DNA from: Phallusia mammillata
Taxonomy: Eukaryota
Length of the DNA stretch: 64,000 bases
Direction of reading: 5' to 3'
Assembly: GCA_965637545.1 (NCBI GenBank)
Contig: OZ281496.1
Coordinates: 5,146,001 to 5,210,000, forward strand
This document shows positions 1 to 10,039 of the stretch, piece after piece. Both the position numbers and the translations under genes were made by a program. Every line of letters starts with the position of its first letter. The first letter of the stretch is position 1. Below the pieces are notes generated by a model that did not search any database, was not told the DNA's origin, and saw nothing but the letters and a program-made list of their open reading frames with translations.

Positions 1-645
1 CCGACTCGTTTTTCAATTAAATGTTTGATGGATTTGAATAAAATTTACACATATGGTAGATACATTCATGTAGATGTGCATCCCACTTGTTTTTGTTGAT
101 AACCCCCTGTATTTACCCCGCTAATTAAACGCTTTGCAGTCTAAAAACAAAACTGCATCACATGACTTGTTATCGAAACCAAAGATATTTTTTTATCTTT
201 ACGAAAATGAATGCAATTTTTGTTTTCAATTTTGTCATCGAACGTTTTTTTTACTGTAGAACATTTTCATGATTGTCTTGTCATCTGTACTTTCGGGTGA
301 TGTTACATCGCACCATATTTGTACAGTACAACATTTTTCAAGTGTCATTTTGAGTCAAAAGGGAACGCAAATATACAAAGTCTTTTGTAAAATGGACAGT
401 CACACAACGCTTGTTTAAAGTGGAATCGAGAGTTTGTGGCAACATCTCTCATTATGTTGCACTCGAATAAATGCTTTTTTTGTTTTCTCTCTTCGAGTGA
501 GCACATCACAGCTGTGCCACTTGTCAGCGGTACGAATTTGTTTGGTTACTTCATTCCATAAACGTATATCTCGTTTGTCTGCAGTCACTATGAGTGAGAT
601 TCCAACGCAATCGTTCTCACTGATATTACCTTGTATTATACATAA

Positions 646-1180
646 TATCCAAGAGCAATCACATGATGCCAGGCCCATTGAAGGCGCCATACCGAATCAG
701 CCGGTCACCAAGCATTCACCACCATATGGCAAGGCGCAGACTGGAAAAAACTAGCCTGCGATGGGATTCGAACCCACGACAGGAGTCTTTCCGGGACTCG
801 CGTTCTACCGACTGAGCTACACAGGCTCAGTGCAGAATCCGCCGAAAGTCAAATCACAAACACCGTTGCCTGCCTTGTATGCTGCACATGTCAGCTTCGT
901 AGTAGGGGATCGCAAGATTGACCAGTATCAGTAAAGATGAACATAAATTCATAACTGACCCTACTACGAAGCTGTTCGAATTCCATCGCAGGCTAGATTT
1001 TTCTAGCCTGCGCCTTGCCATATGATGGTGAATGCTTGGTGACCGGCTGATTCGGTATAGCGCCTTCACTGGGCCTGGTGTACTGTGATTTATATTTGAG
1101 TATGCCGTGATCGCTGGTCTGCATAGACGCTTCAGGGCTGATCCCAGTTATGAATTTATGTTCATCTTATCCCAGAGCAA
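646..1180. mobile_element. Fold-back (inverted-arm) element carrying a tRNA-like gene, copy 1
   Basis: ~110-bp inverted arms (669-776 vs 975-1080). TSD tatcc(a/c)agagcaa at 646-658 and 1168-1180 (13 bp, 1 mismatch). Homologous to 4687-5056, 27701-27984 and remnants at 3678-3846 and 9853-9936. Confidence 0.8.
753..826 (-). tRNA. tRNA-like cloverleaf (non-canonical, TE-borne; loop CC-GGA-AA)
   Basis: Reverse complement GCCTGTG TA GCTC AGTCGGTA GAAC GC GAGTC CCGGAAA GACTC CTGTC GTGGG TTCGAAT CCCAT CGCAGGC. 7-bp acceptor stem, A and B boxes, T6 run just downstream. One extra base before the anticodon stem and C at position 33, so probably not a translating tRNA. Confidence 0.55.
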
Positions 1181-2803
1181 GGGACTTAAACCCTTTTAGC
1201 GAAATCGAAAGCGCTAGTCGCCAATTGGAAGTGTGAAAGCAAAACAAGTTTAATGGAAAACTCCTTACCCTTTTATTTAAAAGATATATCCCGTCACATA
1301 CATAGGCTTAAAAAGTGGCCTCAGTGGCAAATTAAATGCCCAACCTTGCTCTCGAGATCAATAAATACAAACAATCGCCAGCAAATGCAATGCATACAAA
1401 TGGTAGCATGTAAACAGATGCACTTCTTGTCCCTAGAGTTTGTTTGCAATGCAAATAAAATATGTTGTAAATTAAAGTTAGCATCTAACACATTTGGTAC
1501 ATATTTATACAATCAATGTTGAAATCGTGCCCCTTTTAAACTTAAATCACACTCCACATCCAAAAAATTGTTACCATTGGGGGATCAAAACGCTCTCTTG
1601 CAGTCCCCTGTCCTACAGTGATCCGGATAGATTGCCTTTTATATTTTGCTCTCTTCGATAGTGGTGCAATCGTGTATCTGTCCATAGGTAGCATAAATAT
1701 GTAACTTACCGTACGGTGAGAGCTGAATGAATTTGGCGTAAATGAATTTCTGGTAATGTATTTAAATATACGCTTGTAGTACTTTAGCGATTTTCAATTG
1801 CTCAGTTGTGTGACAAGATATAAAGTTCTGATTTAATCCACTATTTGCGTGGTAATAAATTAAACCTTGCATTACAATTTAAATACCTTCGTTTTATCTC
1901 CTGGTTATTACAGAAATACGAATACGGCACTTGAAATATGTTGCACGAAACAATATTGTCAAAAATTGTCATTACTTCTGAGCTGTTGCGTCACAAAAGA
2001 TTTGTTTAGGGTACGTCAGTCTATAAAAAAACCGAAAACCGCACCCAAATTTTTCTTTTCATGATCATACTACGTCACACACACGCCAGTATTGAAAAGC
2101 GTTTAAAGTCGGTTAAGCGTGACGTGATGTAGCCCAAGTTCTGAAGTGTCGTTCTGCGCTGTGCTTGTCTTCAGTTTTTGCGCCCACAGCATTGACAGCC
2201 GTTTGTGTCACAACTTGCAGTGTACGATTGCTTATGCAAAAGCTAGTCTGAAAACCCTAGTATTTTTTGTTGGAAAGGTTTCTTGCGAATCGTGTTAACT
2301 TGGATAGGTACTTAATTGGTAAGTTTGTCAATTAAAAAAGATTGCGCTATTTGTATCACTTACGTGTAGACCAATATGGTAAGTGCATCTTCACAAAATA
2401 ATTACAAATATATAAACATAGTTTTCGTACGTCTACATTTGATACCATAAAACATTACCATGGAACCGTGCTGATCCAAGGAAGAGGTGAACAGTGACGA
2501 TCGGTTTTATCTAATCAAAAATCAAGATTCTTGAAGCGACAAAGCATGTTTCAAGTATGATTGCTTAGACGGACTGTTGCTTAGTGTGGTAGAATTAGCA
2601 AAAAAAAATGTCAGGATCATCAAAGAAAATGCAGAATTCATGCGAAATAGACGCTTGTAGCTATGTTTTTGTTGATGTAAACTTACATTTGTGTCGTTTT
2701 ATACTTAATCAAGTTTTTAAATTTTAAATGTGTGTAGGGTTTGTGCACATGACCCATCTATATTGCGTTTGCTTCTTAAGATAGTATTCTTTACAACAGC
2801 CTT

Positions 2804-5800
2804 ATGGATCAAGGAGGTAATTTGCCTAATTTAATCTTTATCAACAAACATAATGTGTGTATTAAAATGTCTTACTAATGACGTTTAAATATAGATGGAA
2901 AACTAAAGTTTCTTGCTGTGATGAAATCGGTTTAACCCTATATTTGTATTATGACGTGAGTTTGCGTTACCTGAACTCACTTAGTAAACAGCTGCATTTG
3001 AGCGTTTTATAACGTATAGCTCTTACGAGCACTTTGAACTGATTTCCGATTTATTACTGAACTATGTAAAGGTATTTAAAAATGACTTTTGTGTTTATAG
3101 ATTGCCCACAAGAAGCCCATCTAGCACTACCAGACCAGGTAATAATGTTAGCAATTGTTTATTTATGTTTGTGTTCATTTGCTAATCAAGGCAATTTTTG
3201 TTACATTCAGGTTCAACCAAATGCACAAATATCAATCGACAAGACTCAAAGTCCAGGTAAAAAGCATACCTTTGAGGTTTATCTGTAAATGTGGTTTACT
3301 TAACGTTTTTAGGACAAAAAATAAACAAGCGGTTTCATGTCTGCATATGATACCTTAAACCTGTTGTACTGAATTAAGGAAAGCTTAAAGAACGCGAAAA
3401 TACTCAGATAATTGAAAAAAATGAAAAAAAATGTAAATAATATTTAATGTCAGAGCAAACCCAAGTTTCTTTTCTCCTTTTTAATTAATGCAGCGGAAAA
3501 CAACGAGGTGACAGCAGCTTTGGAAGAAGAAACAGAGCAATCTTCAGTACATTCTACATTTCCCAGACGGGTAGTTACTCATTTTTGCCTGTCATAAATA
3601 AATAACAAATATGGTATGGAATCGACCATATACTTCGAAATATAATTAGCTAACAAAATAAGATTAATATATACACACTGGGATCAGCCCTGAAGCGGTG
3701 ATGCAAACCAGCGATCATGTCATACATATCGATAAATCGTAGTACGCCAGGCCTACAAAAAAAGCGTCATACCGAATCAGTCAGTCTCCTAAGCATTCCC
3801 ACATGCATAATGCCTTCGATAGGTCTGGCGTACTATGATTTAGCTAACAAAGTATTATATCGCAAAAAAAAAAATTCTCCAATATCCATTCTATTAAAAA
3901 TTCGGTTAATCCTACGTTGTAAATTTTAAATTTGATTTTCAGGATCTGTCTTCTCCATCATCATCAGGCAATGCTATTGTTCAAGTAAGAAGATTATTAT
4001 TAGTAAAATATCCGAGTTCGCTACTTTATTGTTGTCGTTTTACATTTAGGGAAAGGATGAGTCTCTTTCATCATCAAGACCACCACGGAGAGTTCCATTT
4101 TGGCTACAAAGATCCGAACCATCATCGAGACCATCAGGCATTTCATTTTCGCAGGTGCAAACATTTCTGATAAAATTCGTATCGTAAATATCGCAACAAA
4201 CGTTTCAGTTTCTTTCTATCAGTTTTTTAAAATAAATTTCAGGTTTGCTGTTCTTGACATCCAAAAATGTTTACCTGAAATTTGTATTTTAAATGTAACA
4301 TGTTCAACCAATAAGATTCGCATTTCAATACCCGGTAACTAATTTGTTTAGTTGATAATCACCTAATAAAAATAAAACGTTATAGACATGGTGGTTTGGT
4401 ACAAAAGTAAAACAAAACTTGTTTGATCTGATGTGATAATTTTTAAATATAATACTTTCGATCAGCTTCTTCTGTCACTATCAGACAATGCTAGTCTGCA
4501 AATGAGAATAATGTTGTCATAAAAGTATCCAAAGTAGGTTATTTATTAATATTTTTTCTATTTTGGGTAAGGATGAGTCTTTTTCACCATGAAAACCACC
4601 ATCGGACCCATACAAATCTTATTCTATCCGATACACATCTTATTTCAAGATGAGAATATATTTAATATAATTCCTATAGTAGATAAGATGAACATAAATT
4701 CATTACTGGGATCAGCCCAGAAGCGTCTATGCAGACCAGCGATCATGGCAAACTTATATATAAATCACAGTGCGCCAGGCGCCATACCGAATCAGCCGGT
4801 CACCAAGCATTCACCACCATATGGTAAGGCGTAGTCTAGAAAAATCTAGCCTGCGGTGGGATTCAAACCCACGACAGGAGTCTTTCCGGGACTCGCGCTC
4901 TACCAACTGAGCTGCGCAGGCTCAGTGGAGAATCCGCTGAAAGTCGAATCACATTCGAATCCCACTAGAAATCCCCAGATTTTCTAGCCTAAGCCTTGCC
5001 ATATGGTGGTGAATTCGCTATGGCGCCTTCAATGGGCCTGGCGTAATGTGATTGAACTATAGTAGATAACATAGCAACTTTCAACTTTTAGTTCAAATCA
5101 ATCATAGTTCAAATAAATTTTGTTTATTTATGATTTCTATTACTATTGCGCCGAAAATTTGGATTTGAGTAAAATTTTTGGCAACATGCCATGCACCCAA
5201 TATAGTGGTAAAAAACGATTAATAAAACGTTTATCGGTTGATTTTCGGGGTGTGTTGAACTTAATTCCCCTGAGCCTAAGTAGGTAATGGTATAGATAGT
5301 AAAAAAGAAAATTATGGTTTGGGTTAATATCTGCTGGGTACTTAGTCACTAGTTTTAAATTAACTGAACTTTAAAACCCTCGAAACATAAAACCTTGTAA
5401 TAAAACCCTAATACCATATTTTCTTCCTTTCAACAGGATGTTGATGAGTCCTATGAGAGATATGAGGTAAGCAACAAATTAGGTTTTGCGTTAAAAAAAT
5501 TATTGAGAGAACAGTTGAGAGATATTTTTGGAGCACCAAACAATTTTCTTCAATTAAGATTATATATACTGTATCAAAAATTATGCTTCACATTTGTTGA
5601 CAATCATAAAATTGTCGATGTAATTATAACATTTATGTTCTGTGGTAAAACTGTTATGTCATACATGTTTGTTAGTAATGCGTTATCCCACATGGTATGG
5701 TTTCAACACAGACTTAGACTCAATTCCTTTTTCTACAAAAAGTAATTTCAAAATGAACGCTTTTTCAAAAGTTTCAAATGCACGCTAAACGTTTTGCCAA

Positions 5801-6479
5801 CAAAACCCAGGGTGAAAAAGCAAAATACAGCTTATTTTGTCTTTAGTGTTAACTTTTGTATTTGAATCTCAGGATTTGATGGACTATTGCATGCTTCCCT
5901 CGGAGGTGAGAAAATTGTTGATTAATCCACATCCAAGAATTATGACTCAAAAAATTATATTGTGGTTCTAAATACCCCGGTTAATGTTTGCTGGGTATTT
6001 AGCGACCAGTTTTATATTTACTGAGCTTTAAACCCTCGAAACATAAAACGTTGTAATAAAACCCTAACACCGTGTTTTGTTCCTTTCAGCAGGATGTCGA
6101 TGACTCCGAAGATGATTACGTTTTGCGTTAAAAAATTAAAAATTTATTAAATAAGTGGTTTAAAAACTTAAAACGTATTCAATATTTCAGATCAAATTTT
6201 CTTGTGTAGATGTATTTAGAAAACATCGTGGAACCTCCCCACAACGTAAACCGTCAACCTCCAAACCAGGGTAGAATGTATAATTTATAGATCGCTTGTG
6301 AATCTAGTTAACTGCAACCATTTTCTGCCAATACATGCGTCTTTTTAGGCTTATTTGCATTTAACATTTTCGACCCTAATGGACCCCCAGCAGAAGAACC
6401 GGCACAAATAGATCACGGTGAGGGTCAAAACCCGGACAACCAGTTGCAACCAGAACAAAACCAACCTCATAACAACTAA
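2804..6479 (+). CDS. P1: micro-exon gene, acidic/low-complexity protein of unknown function (~200 aa)
   Basis: Phase-compatible GT-AG exons: 2804-2816, 3101-3138, 3211-3256, 3494-3570, 3943-3984, 4050-4154, 5437-5466, 5873-5905, 6210-6270, 6349-6479. Translation MDQGDCPQEAHLALPDQVQPN...DVDESYERYE...GLFAFNIFDPNGPPAEEP...PHNN*. Exons and frames are conserved in P2 and P3. The 5' exons and start codon are tentative (alternative ATG micro-exon at 2370-2378). Confidence 0.65.
3678..3846. repeat. Internally deleted remnant of the fold-back element
   Basis: ctgggatcagccc start homologous to 4707ff. Short inverted arms tagtacgccaggccta / taggtctggcgtacta; tRNA core absent. Paralogous remnant at 9853-9936. 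Confidence 0.65.
4674..5069 (-). mobile_element. Fold-back tRNA-like element, copy 2
   Basis: Perfect 13-bp TSD ctatagtagataa (4674-4686, 5057-5069). Empty site in the paralogous intron at ~10754-10770 (cctaaagtagataac). Inverted partial arm at 4953-5056. Confidence 0.85.
4848..4921 (-). tRNA. tRNA-like cloverleaf, copy 2
   Basis: GCCTGCG CA GCTC AGTTGGTA GAGC GC GAGTC CCGGAAA GACTC CTGTC GTGGG TTTGAAT CCCAC CGCAGGC, followed by T5. All four stems pair. Confidence 0.55.
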
Positions 6480-7799
6480 TGTTCACTTCAACGTAATTAA
6501 ACCATGCTGCACCAAGCAAACCTGCGGTAACACGTTCTGCATTGAGTTTTTGCCTATATTAAAATATTGAACAAGCAAACCACATAATTCCACAATTAGA
6601 TATTACAGACTTTTCGCAAATCTACGTTTACTTTTTGTCCTGCTGCATGAAAAGAAACTATTGCACATACCTTACGTTCTTAAAACGTCTTAGACTGAAA
6701 GTGTCCTCGACCGACCTGAGGTTTAACCACTCTGATTTAAAGTAGATAAAAATCAAAGATTTATAAATTAATGAGTAAAGATGTACATATGGGTAAGACC
6801 ATAGAAATCCAAACCGCAACAAAAAAATCAACGAAAATAATTCTTTGTTTGTTGTTTTGTAAATATGTTGATTCAACAGATTATAGATGTTTACAGTAGG
6901 TTGGTTTGTATCTGAAACTAAATGAAATATTGGATACAATCGATAAACTATGTGGAAGCATTAAGTTGTACAATCAATCGTATACAGTCATCGAAAGAAA
7001 CAATCCCAACTTGCAAACCAAATCCACCACAAATAAGCTTGTTAAGATTATTTCTTCTCTACATCCAAAAACTTTTTTAATACTTAACCGGTAAATGTTT
7101 TGACAATAAAACTTCATTCCGCCTATGACTGCCATTTCTAATCTTTCAGTTCAGTTCTATTAGTTGTTCCCATACATTGTGCAAATTTAGCAATTATTGA
7201 AAAATAGCTAGATTAACTCATAATTAAGTGTTTTGACTATAAAACTTCATTGTGCCTGTGATTGGAATTTCTAAACATTCATTTCAGTTTTATTTAATGG
7301 TTTCCATGAATTGTGTAAATTCAGCAATTCTTTGAAAAAAGCTCGTTTGAAAGAAAGTAAAATTGTGTAACAGGCAAAAAAGTTGAGAACAATCTTTCAA
7401 ACTTCGTAATATTTCCTATCACAATTTAATTAGGAGACACATGCTACTCTGAACTGCAGTTCCATGGTTAACCATGGTTAATTCAAACGTGTCAAGCGCA
7501 AATGTAACTTTGGTGGACATATACACACACACAGTATCAATTGCATCCGATTATAGTGTTCTACAGTCATACAAACAAAAACACTTTGACAAGCCATTTT
7601 TCGGACAACAAAAAAGCAGTAAATATTACATGTACTGTAATGACTAGTTTTAAAACCTCTAGCAAATTTCACAAGCAACGAATTTTAGAATAAATTGCGG
7701 CCTAATTTGTTGTTTCGAAGAAAATTTTAAGCGTCTTTATGTCGTGAGAAACAATTCAATGTTGAGCATTTCTGACATTTCATCCACAGATCAATTTGT

Positions 7800-9661
7800 T
7801 TATATTCTACTGTAGATCTTGGGCATTTTTGCCCATACGAGATAACCGGCTCCGATAATTATAGCAGCCAGAAGAACAAACATCACAAGTTGGAAGATGT
7901 TGTAAGCGGCATCATTTACTTCATCTCTGTCTCCTGGAGTGTCTGCGATAAAAAGAATGTTTAACTTAGATAAACATATATGTGTGCGAAAGCATTTGCT
8001 ACTGGAACTAAAGATTAACACCTCAGACAGACTAAAAATAATGCCACTCTTGCATACACTTGAAAGTGGGCCAAGCTTGCGAGAGATTGAAAGCCAATAC
8101 GAGAAGTAACTCTAAACTTTGATTCCTGCTTAAGGCAATGTATGTTTCTTACACACAAAACAAAACGAAAAAGTGACTTTAGGAGTCAAGCTATGCATAA
8201 GTTTGCCAAGATGGTCGACTGACAAGTGCAACCGACTTGTATTCAATAGTTTGTGGGTTCTAATCCTGTGACGGCAGCTTGCGTTTCCCTGGGCAAGAAA
8301 CTTTGGAATTGCTCTAACCCAGGGAAACCCGACGGATTGCACTACATTAACGTCCCCTCCGCTATAACGTAGTTGCTATAAATCTAGCAGCTCGACCGTG
8401 GACTGACTGTTAGTTAACGCATCCAGGTGTTGCAGGCTCTTTGAGGATTAAAATAAAACAAACAACAAATTCACTTTAAGGCGCAGTAATGTCAGTCATA
8501 CAAACAGGCGAAATCTTTGATAATTGAGGCCTAAAATAGCCCAAAAAAATATATCCCTAAGAGTTTTAATTGGTAAATACAATGATATGAGTAGTTACAA
8601 CATAGGCAACTAAAGTATTTTGTCCTGAACCAAGTTAATCTGCAAGAAAGAAGAGTTTACTTATTGAGTTGGTACCTTGCGTAAGCAAATACTTGGTAGT
8701 TTGCAAGATGTGCACTGGCCCTGCAGAAAGTCGCTGGCTGCGTCCATTGTTGTCAACAGATCGTCTTTTTCTTCCACCACACATCTGCAGATAAGTTTTA
8801 TATTAACATTTTTTATCATTTATTCAGCTGTGAAAATCAAGAAGCTAGAACCTGAAAAACCTTAGACAAATCGTGTTTTTTCCCCGGTGTATTTCCACTA
8901 AAGCAAACCTATTGAAAACTATTTAAGTCAAATATAATCCACCAAACTGTGCAAGCAGTTCGAGAACGGACTTATCGTGAGCTTATCACAACAAACAAAC
9001 ACAATTCACCTGTCCAGGGCATTGTCCAGTTGAGTTTTGACAGATGGTCACATCGCAGTGGATGTAGATAAATTGTTGACATAAATTTACGCAAGGTGAA
9101 ATACAATCAGCCTTTCAACTTTGTTTAAAAGCATGAGCACACACTTCAAATTAAACATAAGTAATGCTTACCCGCTTTGTACAACCGGGTAGTACAACAA
9201 ACCACTGGAGTTTTCAACGCGTGTCGCCCAACATTCTTCAAGCTGTATACAAACTTGTACTAAAGTCAAATGTACAAACTATGTAGCACCCAAATGATGC
9301 TTGAATTTTTAACATGAAAATAACAACTCAGATGTGTTAACAATTTTAAAATCTTCAGTAAAAAAAGGCAATAAACTTGGGTTGAATGAAAGTTATACAG
9401 AAAGTAATGTAACGAGTGTAAGTTGGATTTCCTATAAAATCAGAACTACAATTTATCAACCTTTGTTGCATCAATGCACTTGTTTTTACCTGGACAATGA
9501 AGTCATCGTGGCTTGGAGAAATCTCATTAAGTTTAATTTCAGCGAAACTGTAGGTGGGCACAGTTACTTCCCCAGGCAAGCTTTCGTTGAAATGTTCGTT
9601 GGTAAAAAGATTTAGAGCAACGTCAAAGTTTCCTGTATTCTCTGCTGAAATTTCAACGTAT
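7800..9661 (-). pseudogene. Z1: 5'-truncated CUB-ZP paralogue (exons 9-13 only)
   Basis: Exons 9490-9661, 9172-9242, 9010-9077 (5' part and acceptor deleted), 8676-8784 (MCGGRKRRS), 7800-7942 (TM; 1-nt deletion alters the tail). Homology to Z2 intron 8 stops at ~9852. Confidence 0.85.
8190..8470 (+). mobile_element. tRNA-derived SINE in Z intron 12
   Basis: A-box-like ttgccaagatgg, B-box gggttctaatcc (8255-8266), central ccctgggcaagaaact motif, A-rich tail. Copies at 34335-34655 and truncated at ~27290-27365. Confidence 0.65.
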
Positions 9662-10039
9662 CTGTAACAAAATTCTACGGTTAAGGAATAAATAGATACA
9701 CTTCTGAGGGTACTATTAGTTTTTTAATATTCTTATCTTAAACGTTTATTTTTTTATCGGCTTAATTGATTAGCACTAATAATAAAACCAAAATGCCATA
9801 TGAAACGTTTTGAGAAACATTGCGTCTATTTGCCATATTTGGCATGTGCTTAAAGGCGTCATGCCAAATCAGTCAGTCTCCTACGCATTCCAAAATGTAT
9901 TACGCCTTTAATAGGCCTGGCGCACTATGATTTAGCTAACAAAATATTATACTCTCTGACTTATATAACTTTTCTACCACACGCATGCTATTCAAAACTC
10001 GGTTAATCATAAGTTGTAAAATTTCAATTTGACTTTCAG

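Noticed and set aside
415-630. Minus-strand ORF (GNISENDCVG...CCHKLSIPL*) with a possible acceptor, as the terminal exon of another gene
   Set aside because: No recognisable motif, no paralogous copy and no convincing upstream exon; cannot be supported without RNA data.
1574-1678. Apparent minus-strand exon (YTIAPLSKRAKYKRQSIRITVGQG...)
   Set aside because: Its core matches the CsRn1-like LTR (aaggcaatct.tccgg), so it is more likely a repeat remnant.
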